In this document: positions 20,304 to 29,597 of the stretch, piece by piece | Numbering within the stretch: the first letter of the stretch is position 1 | Layout of the letters: each line of letters opens with the position of its first letter | NCBI GenBank assembly: GCA_045545895.1 | Contig: JAZQBW010000070.1 | Coordinates: forward strand, 17,089 to 81,088 | From: Faecalimonas sp. | Lineage (GTDB): Bacteria > Bacillota > Clostridia > Lachnospirales > Lachnospiraceae | Direction: 5' to 3' | Length of the DNA stretch: 64,000 nucleotides | Notes under the pieces: model-generated | The model's database searches: none | Told to the model about the DNA's origin: nothing | The model's input: the letters and a program-made list of their open reading frames with translations, nothing else | Made by a program: the position numbers and the translations under genes

Positions 20304-21224
20304 CTATTTATTGGTAATCACCCGAATCTTTTCAGGCAGGCAACCGGCGGTAATCTCATGTTGCAGGAAGATTGGCTCTCCGTCTGTGTGAACAGGCATA
20401 GCTTGCTCGGCGTGAATCTGAATGTGTTTACAAGTATAGAGATGTACACCTTTAAATGGTGTATGCCATCCGAAAAGTGCCAACGGAATCAAGCAAAGCA
20501 CTTTCAGTTTTGAAACATTGGCGGCAACCAACACGTCAAGTTTATCGTCATTGTTTTTTGCTTTCGGACAGAATTTTACTCCGCCCCCTTCGTACTTGTT
20601 GTTCATAAGAGCTACAAAGTAGGTGTTTGGGAAGGAAATTGTTTTTTCATGATCCAAAGTAATGGTAACCATGCAAGGTTTTGTCACAAACAAGCGATGA
20701 AGGGCAATGCATACATAAGTGAGTTTTCCTAATTTCAGTTTGTTTAGGAAATATTTCACATGGGACACTACGGCTTCGTGACAGATATCGGCGTCAAAGC
20801 CCATACCGCTACTTACTGCAAAGCGTCTGTCTTTGTTTTTATATGTAATTTTGCCCACATTCATTTCATGGATATGAGGTTGTTTCAAGATGTTCTCCAA
20901 GGCTTCCACCGGGTCTGTAGGAAGTTCCAGGCCTCTAGCGAAATCATTGCTGGAGCCTATTGGGATATAACCGAAAAGGGTCTTTTCAAAATCCTGTATT
21001 CCGTTTACCACTTCATTGACAGTACCATCTCCGCCAAGGGCAACCACAACATGTTTCTCTCCATCGGATGTAATCTTAGAGGTGATCTTGGTTGCATGCT
21101 TTTGATATTTGGTAAAGTATACTTCATAAGGAACATTTCTCTTTTTTAAAATCGATTCCAGGTTTCCCCAAACTTTTTTTCCCAGTCCCGAGCGGGCATT
21201 AGGATTTACGATAAATGTGTACAT
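20304..21224 (-). CDS. Diacylglycerol/lipid kinase family protein (YegS/BmrU)
   Basis: IVNPNARSG, GGDGTVNEV, PIGSSNDFAR, HTDGE; SD AAGGAGG. Confidence 0.92.
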   Translation of the reverse strand: MYTFIVNPNARSGLGKKVWGNLESILKKRNVPYEVYFTKYQKHATKITSKITSDGEKHVVVALGGDGTVNEVVNGIQDFEKTLFGYIPIGSSNDFARGLELPTDPVEALENILKQPHIHEMNVGKITYKNKDRRFAVSSGMGFDADICHEAVVSHVKYFLNKLKLGKLTYVCIALHRLFVTKPCMVTITLDHEKTISFPNTYFVALMNNKYEGGGVKFCPKAKNNDDKLDVLVAANVSKLKVLCLIPLALFGWHTPFKGVHLYTCKHIQIHAEQAMPVHTDGEPIFLQHEITAGCLPEKIRVITNK

Positions 21225-21262
21225 TAGAATTTCCTCCTTTGTTACTGTATCTATTATAACAG

Positions 21263-22150
21263 TTAGAACGTGGTGCAACAAGATTTATATTCCATAGGGG
21301 TACATTTCATATACCGTTTAAAAATCTGACTGTAGTAGGAAGGACTGGAAAATCCTACCTGAGCCGCCACCTCAGTAATGCTGGAGGCTTCCGATAATAA
21401 AGGAAGGCTCTTTTGAATTCTGAGGTAAAGAATATAGTCAAAAATAGTAATCCCCATATGTTTCTTGAAAAAACGGCAACATTCACTTTTGCAAATGGTT
21501 GCGGATTTTGCAACATCCTCCAAAGAAATGTCCTGATTGTAATGCGCTTCAATATAGGAAATGATATCGCGAAGTCTTTGTAGGTGTTGCGTTGTTTTTA
21601 CATGGCTATTTGGCTGCGCGGAAAAGTGATGATAGAGCTTTTGCCAAATGGTCATAAGTAGTATTTGAACACGTAGCTCCAAATCATCGGTTGGAGCTTG
21701 TGACAACTCATATATTTCTCTCATGCAGGTGAGTACCTCTTGTTGCCAAGCTACTTCATCTTTTAATAGCAGAGAAGACCAAGCCTCATTGGAAGTAATG
21801 TAATTCACATACTTGCTTTGCAGGATGCTATTTTCATATCCATACAGAAAGCGTGGATGGAAGGTGATAGATAGATAAGTACACTCTTCCTCATTGGTCA
21901 TGTGACCGGAGTGGAGAGAGTTACTATTTCCGAATAAACCCTCACCTTTGCATAAGATATAAGTGTGGTCGTTAATTTGATATTCCATTTGTCCGGATAG
22001 AATCAAGGTCAATTCTACCTCCGGATGCCAGTGCCAAAGGAAAAATCCTTGCTCGTAGGCCTGAATCTTTTCAATGCTGATATTTACAGGGAAGGCATAA
22101 TTCCCATGCTCTTTCAATTCTTTCTGATTTTTTTGAGTGATAATCTGCAT
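21263..22150 (-). CDS. AraC-family transcriptional regulator with cupin sensor
   Basis: WHWHPEVE cupin; C-terminal double HTH ...ITEVAAQVGFSSPSYYSQIFKRYMKCTP; divergent from galK. Confidence 0.92.
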   Translation of the reverse strand: MQIITQKNQKELKEHGNYAFPVNISIEKIQAYEQGFFLWHWHPEVELTLILSGQMEYQINDHTYILCKGEGLFGNSNSLHSGHMTNEEECTYLSITFHPRFLYGYENSILQSKYVNYITSNEAWSSLLLKDEVAWQQEVLTCMREIYELSQAPTDDLELRVQILLMTIWQKLYHHFSAQPNSHVKTTQHLQRLRDIISYIEAHYNQDISLEDVAKSATICKSECCRFFKKHMGITIFDYILYLRIQKSLPLLSEASSITEVAAQVGFSSPSYYSQIFKRYMKCTPMEYKSCCTTF

Positions 22151-22223
22151 AAATCTCAATATCCTTATAAAAACGTCCAATATTGTTATTGATGAAAGTG
22201 GAAAATCTCACTATCATTATAAA
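22151..22223. promoter_or_regulatory. Direct repeats, probable AraC operator array
   Basis: aaatctcaatatccttataaa (22151) and aaatctcactatcattataaa (22203), with core caatattgttat (22178) between them. Confidence 0.65.
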
Positions 22224-22272
22224 TATAAAGCCAAACAATCAGATTTGCAAGTAAAAGGAGGTTAAATGTAAC

Positions 22273-23439
22273 ATGTTAGAGAAATTAAGAACGGAATTTG
22301 AAAAGAAATTTGGGAAACTGGAAGATGCCCGTACCTATTTTGCACCGGGACGTGTGAATTTAATCGGGGAGCATACAGACTACAACGGAGGCCATGTATT
22401 TCCATGTGCATTGACCCTTGGGACATACGGAGTTGCCAGAAAGAGAGAGGATAAAAAGCTACGCTTCTATTCCATGAATTTTGAGAATTTAGGGATTATC
22501 CAGTCAGATTTAGATGATCTTACCCCATCAAAAAAAGCAGGATGGACCAATTATCCAAAGGGGGTAATGTGGGCCTTTGAGGGACGTGGTTTCAAACTTC
22601 CATGTGGACTGGATATTTTGATTTACGGTAATATTCCAAACGGCTCAGGGCTTTCTTCCTCTGCATCTTTGGAAGTGCTTACAGGAGTTATCTTGAAAGA
22701 TATGTTTGGATTTGATGTTTCTATGGTGGAAATCGCCCAAATCGGACAGTATTCGGAGAATCACTTTAACGGATGTAATTGTGGTATTATGGACCAATTT
22801 GCAAGTGCCATGGGGAAAAAAGATAATGCCATTTTCCTTGATACGAATACGTTAGAGTTTGAATATGCGCCAGTGGTATTAGAAGACGCAAAAATTGTTA
22901 TTATCAACAGCAAAGTAAAACATAGCTTAGTGGATTCCGCATACAATGATCGTCGCAATGAATGCGAAACTGCATTGAAAGAGTTGCAGGAAGTGGTTGA
23001 TATTAAAACACTTGGGGATTTGACAGAGGCAGAATTTGAAGCACACAAGGATGCTATCAAATCAGAAATCAGACAGAAACGAGCAAAACACGCCGTTTAT
23101 GAAAATCAAAGAGCAATCAAGGCGGTTGGGGCATTGAAGGCAAACGACGTAGAAACATTTGGAAAACTCATGAATGCTTCACACGTTTCTCTGCGTGACG
23201 ATTACGAAGTGTCTTGTGAAGAAATCGATATCTTAGTAGACCTTGCATGGGCAACAGATGGAGTGGTAGGCTCCCGTATTACTGGTGGCGGATTTGGTGG
23301 CTGCACAGTTAGTATTGTGAAAAATGAGGCAGTGGACACCTTCGTGGAAACCATCGGTGCAAAATACGAGGAAGCAGTGGGTCACAAAGCAGAGTTTTAT
23401 GTTGTGGATATTGGAAATGGCGCTGGTGTTTTAAACTAA
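22273..23439 (+). CDS. galK: Galactokinase
   Basis: APGRVNLIGEHTDYNGG, GSGLSSSAS, GGGFGGC. Confidence 0.97.
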   Translation: MLEKLRTEFEKKFGKLEDARTYFAPGRVNLIGEHTDYNGGHVFPCALTLGTYGVARKREDKKLRFYSMNFENLGIIQSDLDDLTPSKKAGWTNYPKGVMWAFEGRGFKLPCGLDILIYGNIPNGSGLSSSASLEVLTGVILKDMFGFDVSMVEIAQIGQYSENHFNGCNCGIMDQFASAMGKKDNAIFLDTNTLEFEYAPVVLEDAKIVIINSKVKHSLVDSAYNDRRNECETALKELQEVVDIKTLGDLTEAEFEAHKDAIKSEIRQKRAKHAVYENQRAIKAVGALKANDVETFGKLMNASHVSLRDDYEVSCEEIDILVDLAWATDGVVGSRITGGGFGGCTVSIVKNEAVDTFVETIGAKYEEAVGHKAEFYVVDIGNGAGVLN

Positions 23440-23480
23440 GAGTTGAAAAATGATAGGATTTTTTACAGGAGGATACAGAC

Positions 23481-24971
23481 ATGTTTTTTGAAAATATTAA
23501 CAAATTGGTGCAATACGGCATTCATACTGGATTGACACCAGAGTGTGAACGTATTTACACCATCAACTTATTGCTAGATTTATTCCAAGAAGATAACTAC
23601 GAGGATGTGGATATTGAAGGAAAAGAGATTGTATTAGAAGATGTGTTGAAAGTGCTTTTGGATGAAGCGGTAGCAAGAGGCATTATTGAAGACAGCATCG
23701 TATACCGGGATTTGTTTGACACCAAGATGATGAATTGCCTCATGCCAAGACCGGCTCAGGTGCAAGAAGAATTTTCGGAAAGATATGGGGTGTCACCAAG
23801 GGAAGCTACAGATTATTTTTATAAATTGAGCCAGGACAGTGACTATATTCGCCGTTACCGCATTGCAAAAGACCGCAAGTGGAAGGTGGACAGTGAGTAT
23901 GGGGAGATTGATATTACCATCAACTTGTCCAAACCGGAAAAGGACCCGAAAGCTATTGCAGCAGCGAAAAATGCAAAGGCCAGCAGTTATCCAAAATGCT
24001 TGCTTTGTATGGAAAACGAAGGGTATGCTGGACGTGTCAATCATCCGGCAAGAGAGAACCATCGTATTATGCCGATTACAGTGAATGACAGTCCATGGGG
24101 ATTTCAATATTCTCCATATGTGTACTACAACGAGCACTGCATCGTGTTTAATGGTCAGCACACACCAATGAAAATTGAAAAGAATACTTATGTGAAATTA
24201 TTTGACTTTGTAAAATTATTCCCGCATTACTTCCTTGGTTCCAATGCCGACCTTCCGATTGTTGGTGGTTCTATTTTAAGTCACGACCACTATCAAGGCG
24301 GCAACTATACATTTGCCATGGCAAAAGCACCAATCGAAGAAAGGTTTGAGATCAAAGGTTTTGAAGACGTGGAAGTTGGCATTGTAAAATGGCCGTTGTC
24401 TGTACTTCGTCTTCGTAGCACAGACGAAACTCGTTTGATTGAACTCGGTACACATGTGTTAGACGCATGGAGAGGTTATACAGACGAAGCTGCGTTTGTA
24501 TTTGCAGAGACAGATGGGGAAATGCACAATACGATTACTCCGATTGCGAGAAAAGTGGGAGATACATACGAACTGGATTTGGCACTTCGTAACAACATTA
24601 CCACAGAAGAGCATCCGCTTGGAGTCTACCATCCACATGCCCAGTGGCATAACATCAAGAAAGAGAATATTGGTCTCATCGAAGTAATGGGTCTGGCTGT
24701 GCTTCCGGCACGTCTGAAGGATGAGATGGAAGTGTTGGCCGATTATTTAGTATCCGGAAAAGATGTTAGAAGCAATGAAAAGATTGAAAAGCATGCTGAT
24801 TGGGGAGAAACATTTGTGGGGAAATATGATAGAATCACAAGGGAAAACGTCATGTCAATTTTGGAAGAAGAAGTTGGTATCGTGTTTACACATGTGTTAG
24901 AAGACGCAGGTGTGTTCAAATGCACAGAAGAAGGCAGAGAAGCTTTCAGAAGATTTATTGCCACGTTGTAG
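23481..24971 (+). CDS. galT: UDP-glucose:hexose-1-phosphate uridylyltransferase (Gram-positive type)
   Basis: TINLSKPEKDPK, NADLPIVGGSILSHDHYQGG, IKKENIGLIEVMG. Confidence 0.96.
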   Translation: MFFENINKLVQYGIHTGLTPECERIYTINLLLDLFQEDNYEDVDIEGKEIVLEDVLKVLLDEAVARGIIEDSIVYRDLFDTKMMNCLMPRPAQVQEEFSERYGVSPREATDYFYKLSQDSDYIRRYRIAKDRKWKVDSEYGEIDITINLSKPEKDPKAIAAAKNAKASSYPKCLLCMENEGYAGRVNHPARENHRIMPITVNDSPWGFQYSPYVYYNEHCIVFNGQHTPMKIEKNTYVKLFDFVKLFPHYFLGSNADLPIVGGSILSHDHYQGGNYTFAMAKAPIEERFEIKGFEDVEVGIVKWPLSVLRLRSTDETRLIELGTHVLDAWRGYTDEAAFVFAETDGEMHNTITPIARKVGDTYELDLALRNNITTEEHPLGVYHPHAQWHNIKKENIGLIEVMGLAVLPARLKDEMEVLADYLVSGKDVRSNEKIEKHADWGETFVGKYDRITRENVMSILEEEVGIVFTHVLEDAGVFKCTEEGREAFRRFIATL

Positions 24972-24984
24972 GAGGAAAATAATC

Positions 24985-26019
24985 ATGCAAACAAGAAGTT
25001 TTGGAAAAGGGAAAAATGGAGAGGAATCCACACTGTACACCTTTGAAAATAAAAATGGAATGGTGATGGAGGTTACCGATTTTGGGGCAACACTTTATTC
25101 ATTGTTGGTGCCGGACAAAGATGGGAACCCTGTAGATGTGGTTTTGGGATATGACGACCCACAAGGTTATATGGGACCAAGTGGAACCGGTTTTGGTGCA
25201 ACCATCGGAAGAAATGGGAACCGTATCGGAAAGGCACAGTTTACCTTGAACGGAAAAACATATGAATTAGATAAAAACAACAATGGAAATAATTTGCATA
25301 GCGGATTGGATTACTATCATCACCGTATGTGGAAGGTAAAAGAAACCACTGAAAGCAGTATTACATTTTCACTTCACAGTCCGGATGGCGACCAGGGATT
25401 TCCAGGAAATTTTCAGGTGGATGTAACGTATACCCTTACCGATGACAATGAGCTGAAGATTGATTACAACGGAGTGTCTGATGCAGATACCATTGTAAAC
25501 ATGACAAACCATAGCTACTTCAACTTAAACGGACACGCTTCGGGATGCATTGAGGGGCACGAACTTTGGATGGATGCAGATGGATTTACACCAACAGATG
25601 CGGAACTTATCCCAACCGGTGAGATTGCTTCTGTAGAAGGCACACCCATGGACTTCCGTGTAAAGAAATCAGTGGGAAGAGATATGGATGCTGATTTCGA
25701 AGCATTGAAATTTGGTGCAGGATACGACCATAACTGGTGTCTCAATAACAATGGGAAATTTGCCAAAGTGATTGAGCTTTCTTCTGATGTGAGCGGCATT
25801 ACAATGGAAGTTTACACAGATCTTCCGGGAGTCCAGATTTATGCAGGTAATTACTTAGACAAGGAGCCGGGAAAAGGCGGAATCTTCTATAATAAGCGCC
25901 AGGGTATTTGCTTTGAGACACAAGGATATCCGGATTCTATGAATCATGATAATTTCCCAAGTGTTGTTTGTAAAGCTGGGGAAACATATAAGACAACGAC
26001 GGTTTATAAATTTGTATAA
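24985..26019 (+). CDS. galM: Aldose 1-epimerase (galactose mutarotase)
   Basis: GRNGNRI, NNLHSG, NMTNHSYFNL, CFETQ; SD GGAGG before ATG 24985. Confidence 0.95.
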   Translation: MQTRSFGKGKNGEESTLYTFENKNGMVMEVTDFGATLYSLLVPDKDGNPVDVVLGYDDPQGYMGPSGTGFGATIGRNGNRIGKAQFTLNGKTYELDKNNNGNNLHSGLDYYHHRMWKVKETTESSITFSLHSPDGDQGFPGNFQVDVTYTLTDDNELKIDYNGVSDADTIVNMTNHSYFNLNGHASGCIEGHELWMDADGFTPTDAELIPTGEIASVEGTPMDFRVKKSVGRDMDADFEALKFGAGYDHNWCLNNNGKFAKVIELSSDVSGITMEVYTDLPGVQIYAGNYLDKEPGKGGIFYNKRQGICFETQGYPDSMNHDNFPSVVCKAGETYKTTTVYKFV

Positions 26020-26029
26020 TGAGTCACAA

Positions 26030-26060
26030 AAAAGGTCACTTCAAAGCGAAGTGACCTTTT
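26030..26060. terminator. Bidirectional terminator (galM / ssrA)
   Basis: aaaaggtcacttc/gaagtgacctttt perfect stem. Confidence 0.85.
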
Positions 26061-26072
26061 GTAGGTTCAAAA

Positions 26073-26416
26073 TGGACCTGAGGGGAATCGAACCCCTGTC
26101 CGAAAGCCTATCCCTTAAGGCATCTCCCATCACAGTCATTATTTTGACATTCCCTCCATAAACCGCCTAATGACAGGCTGTTCACTTTAGTAGCTTCATA
26201 GATTCTTCCATCTCCGCAAAGCTTAGGAAACGAAGTGCCTCACCTGGATGAAGCCGGATACTTAAGCAGTGAGCGACTTAAGGCCGACTGCTGCCACTAG
26301 GCAGCGTACGCTAAATTATCGTTTGCGTTTAATTTTAAAATACGGATTGTTACGCGGTCCCGTACCGCGGATGGCTTCCTTAACTTCAAAACCCCCGTCG
26401 AAACCAGTACAAGCCC
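26073..26416 (-). ncRNA. ssrA: tmRNA
   Basis: 5' GGGCTTGTACTGGTTTCGAC; 3' T-arm GGGGTTCGATTCCCC then CAGGTCCA with a G3.U wobble in the acceptor stem; tag frame ANDNLAYAA* at 26326-26297; CCA not encoded. Confidence 0.96.
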
Positions 26417-26450
26417 TAAAGTGTGTTGCCTGGTTCGCAAACGTAGTGTT

Positions 26451-26479
26451 ATTATATGTGGAGTTTTTTAAAATGTCAA
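26451..26479 (-). promoter_or_regulatory. Perfect-consensus sigmaA promoter of ssrA
   Basis: TTGACA-17-TATAAT on the - strand. Confidence 0.85.
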
Positions 26480-26530
26480 GGGAGTATAGGACGATTTATA
26501 TTGACAAAAGATGCAAAAAGTGGTTATATG

Positions 26531-26556
26531 AACATATGAACAATTATTCATATGTT
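26531..26556. promoter_or_regulatory. ArsR/SmtB (CzrA-like) operator
   Basis: AACATATGAA-caatta-TTCATATGTT palindrome between TTGACA (26501) and the SD of the ATPase. Confidence 0.8.
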
Positions 26557-26568
26557 GGAGGTATTACT

Positions 26569-28539
26569 ATGAACCATACAGAAGAAAAACATGGGCATCA
26601 CCACGAACATGCACATTGCGGTTGTGGCTGCGACCATGAGCATGATCACGAACATACACATTGTAGTTGTGGCTGCGGTCATGAACATCATCATGTACAT
26701 AAAGAAGACAGAGCAAAAGTGTTTCTACAGATAGGAGTCAGCGTACTATTATTTCTACTAGGAATCTTGTTAAAGAATATGATTCCGGCAGTATCTCTTG
26801 CCAGTTTTGTGGTTGCATATGTGATCTTGGGAAGAGAGATTCTGATGCATGCAGGAAGGAATATCTTGAAAGGCCAGTTTTTAGATGAAAATTTCTTAAT
26901 GAGTATTGCAACAATAGCCGCGTTTGCAATCGGAGATTATGCAGAGGCAGTAGGTGTGATGCTGTTTTTCCGTGTAGGCGAGTTGTTTGAGGATGTTGCA
27001 GTGGAAAAGAGCCGCAGTCAGATTATGGAAGCTGTGGATATGCGCCCGGAAGTTGTTCATCTGATTCAAGGAAGAGAAATACAGGTGATTCCGGCGAAAG
27101 AAGCTAAGGTTGGAGATTTGCTTTTGGTAAGGCCGGGAGATCGGATTCCGCTAGACGGGGTTGTCATGCATGGCGAGAGTCGAATCGATACAGCTCCGGT
27201 TACAGGGGAACCGGTGCCGGTAAAGGTTACGGAAGGAGATACGGTCATTTCAGGATGCGTGAATACTTCAGGTGCCATTCATATCCAAGTGGAGAAAATT
27301 CTAGAGGACTCTATGGTGAGTCGCATTTTGCATTCAGTGGAACATGCAGCAGAGAGCAAACCAAAGATTGACCGTTTTATTACAAGATTTGCCCGTGTCT
27401 ATACCCCGTTTGTGGTGGCGCTTGCATTGGCAACGGCAATCTTGCCATCTGTCATTACAGGTGATTGGAAATTCTGGATTTATACGGCAATAACCTTCTT
27501 GGTAATCAGTTGTCCTTGTGCGTTAGTGCTTAGCGTACCGTTGGCATTTTTCTCAGGGATTGGTGCAGGGTCTAAAAAAGGGATTTTATTCAAAAGTGGA
27601 TTTGCATTAGAAACGCTGAAGCATGTAAGGGCAGTGGTAATGGATAAGACGGGAACCATTACAAAGGGGAATTTTGAAGTGCAAGAATGTGTATCTCTCA
27701 GTGAATATAAGGACGTTCAGATTCTTACGCTGGCCGCAAGCTGTGAAATGGATTCCACACATCCTATTGGATATAGTATTGTGACCAAAGCGAAGCAACA
27801 TTTTCTGGATTTGGAAAGGCCACAGGAGGTGGAGGAAATCTCCGGAAAGGGTGTTTGTGCAAAATTAGAGGCGGGAGAAGTGCTCTGTGGCAATCAAGAA
27901 TTGTTGGAGATGTATCATGTGGACGTGGAAGAACAGGAACGCGCCACTTACGGAACAGAAGTATTTGTTGCATTAAATGGAGAACTGCTTGGCTATTTGG
28001 TGATCGCAGATACAGTTAAGATGGAAGCCAAGATGGCAGTTGAGAAAATGAAGGGAAGCGGACTTAAGACAGTGATGCTGACCGGTGATACCAGCCAGTG
28101 TGCCAAGGAGGTTGCAGAGCAGACCGGTGTGGAAGAATACTATGCAAAACTTCTACCGGAAGAAAAAGTGGAGAGACTTGGGGAAGTCAGAAAACAGTAT
28201 GGTCCAGTCATGTTTGTGGGAGATGGAATCAATGATGCTCCGGTTCTTGCAGGTGCAGATGTGGGTGCTGCAATGGGAAGTGGCGCAGATGCAGCCATTG
28301 AGGCGGCGGATGTTGTGTTTATGACTTCTTCTGTGGAAGCGATTTATGAGGCGATTGCACTTGCAAAGGCCACAAATCGCATGGCAATGGAGAACGTGGT
28401 GTTCGCACTGGCAGTGAAGGCTGCGGTCATGATTCTGGGATTATTTGGGCTTGCCAATATGTGGATGGCTGTGTTTGCAGACACAGGTGTGGCAATGCTT
28501 TGTGTTTTGAATTCTGTGCGAATTTTACGAAGAAAATAA
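26569..28539 (+). CDS. cadA: Heavy-metal-translocating P1B-type ATPase (Zn/Cd-type)
   Basis: His/Cys-rich N-terminus, TGE, CPC, DKTGT, HP, GDGINDAP, ADTG; SD GGAGG before ATG 26569. Confidence 0.9.
   Translation: MNHTEEKHGHHHEHAHCGCGCDHEHDHEHTHCSCGCGHEHHHVHKEDRAKVFLQIGVSVLLFLLGILLKNMIPAVSLASFVVAYVILGREILMHAGRNILKGQFLDENFLMSIATIAAFAIGDYAEAVGVMLFFRVGELFEDVAVEKSRSQIMEAVDMRPEVVHLIQGREIQVIPAKEAKVGDLLLVRPGDRIPLDGVVMHGESRIDTAPVTGEPVPVKVTEGDTVISGCVNTSGAIHIQVEKILEDSMVSRILHSVEHAAESKPKIDRFITRFARVYTPFVVALALATAILPSVITGDWKFWIYTAITFLVISCPCALVLSVPLAFFSGIGAGSKKGILFKSGFALETLKHVRAVVMDKTGTITKGNFEVQECVSLSEYKDVQILTLAASCEMDSTHPIGYSIVTKAKQHFLDLERPQEVEEISGKGVCAKLEAGEVLCGNQELLEMYHVDVEEQERATYGTEVFVALNGELLGYLVIADTVKMEAKMAVEKMKGSGLKTVMLTGDTSQCAKEVAEQTGVEEYYAKLLPEEKVERLGEVRKQYGPVMFVGDGINDAPVLAGADVGAAMGSGADAAIEAADVVFMTSSVEAIYEAIALAKATNRMAMENVVFALAVKAAVMILGLFGLANMWMAVFADTGVAMLCVLNSVRILRRK
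26596..26685 (+). repeat. 45-bp intragenic tandem duplication encoding a His/Cys metal-binding repeat
   Basis: HHHEHAHCGCGCDHE / HDHEHTHCSCGCGHE. Confidence 0.8.
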
Positions 28540-28629
28540 GGTTGAAAAAATGTAAGACATCATTCATAATTGAGGGTAGTGAATATCATTATGAATGATG
28601 TTTTTTAGTAGAAAGGGAACCAGAGTTGC

Positions 28630-29007
28630 ATGAATAAAAATAGAACGGAAAATATGGTAGAGATAGAATGCTGCGAGGCATATCATGTGCATACGAATTT
28701 AGTTCATCAGATAGAGGATGGCATGCCAAGTGAGGAGATTATGGCAAGTTTGGCAGAGTTTTATAAAGTGTTTGGTGACGCCACACGAATCAAGATTTTG
28801 TGCGTGTTATTTCAATCTGAACTGTGCGTGTGCGATTTGGCAGAGGTGACGGGGATGACGCAATCCGCCATTTCCCATCAGCTTCGTATTCTGAAACAGA
28901 TGAAGCTTGTGAAGAATAGAAGAGATGGGAAAATTGTATACTATTCTCTTGCAGATGCACATATCCAAAGCATCTTGAATCAAGGAATGGAGCATATTGC
29001 AGAGTAA
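28630..29007 (+). CDS. ArsR/SmtB metalloregulator
   Basis: KVFGDATRIKIL, ELCVCDLA, QSAISHQLR, YSLADAH...EH alpha5-type site; N-terminal CC. Confidence 0.93.
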   Translation: MNKNRTENMVEIECCEAYHVHTNLVHQIEDGMPSEEIMASLAEFYKVFGDATRIKILCVLFQSELCVCDLAEVTGMTQSAISHQLRILKQMKLVKNRRDGKIVYYSLADAHIQSILNQGMEHIAE

Positions 29008-29054
29008 TCTGAATGACCAAAGTAAGCGTACATTTAGAATGGAGGAAAATAGAA

Positions 29055-29573
29055 ATGAAACGAGCAAGAGTGGGACTTATCCTCCTGACAGTAGTGTTAT
29101 TGGCAGGATGTGGGTCTAATATAAAAGATGGTATTACACATTTGGAAGAAAAAAACTATCAGGCAGCAGTGGAATGTTTTGAAAAAGAGATTGGGGAAAA
29201 GAAGAATCTTGGTGAGGCGTATCGTGGAATGGGAATTGCACAATATGAATTAGGAGATTATTTGGCTGCAGTAGATGCTTTTGAAAACGCATTAAAGAAT
29301 GAGGCAGAGAAGACAGCGACTATTTATCACTTAATGGGAGCAAGTTGTTTGCAGTTAAACGAATACGAAGAAGCGCTGAAGTTTTATGGTCAGGCTCTGA
29401 AGATGACAGATTGTACAGGAGAGATGAAACAGGAGATTCTCTTTAATGAGATTGCTATTTATCAGGAATTGGGTGACTGGGAAGTAGTGAAGGAGAAAGT
29501 TTCAGCATATGTAGAGGCCTATCCGGATGATGAGCGGATGGATAAAACCGTAGAATTTCTGGAGACGAGATAA
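29055..29573 (+). CDS. TPR-repeat lipoprotein
   Basis: Lipobox LLAGC; TPR-like AYRGMGIAQYELGDY..A..F; SD GGAGG. Confidence 0.8.
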   Translation: MKRARVGLILLTVVLLAGCGSNIKDGITHLEEKNYQAAVECFEKEIGEKKNLGEAYRGMGIAQYELGDYLAAVDAFENALKNEAEKTATIYHLMGASCLQLNEYEEALKFYGQALKMTDCTGEMKQEILFNEIAIYQELGDWEVVKEKVSAYVEAYPDDERMDKTVEFLETR

Positions 29574-29597
29574 ATTGGAGTATATAAGGAGACTTTC

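Noticed and set aside
26269-26568. 100-aa N-terminal extension of the P-type ATPase ORF
   Set aside because: It lies antisense to tmRNA and across two promoters; the SD-supported start is 26569
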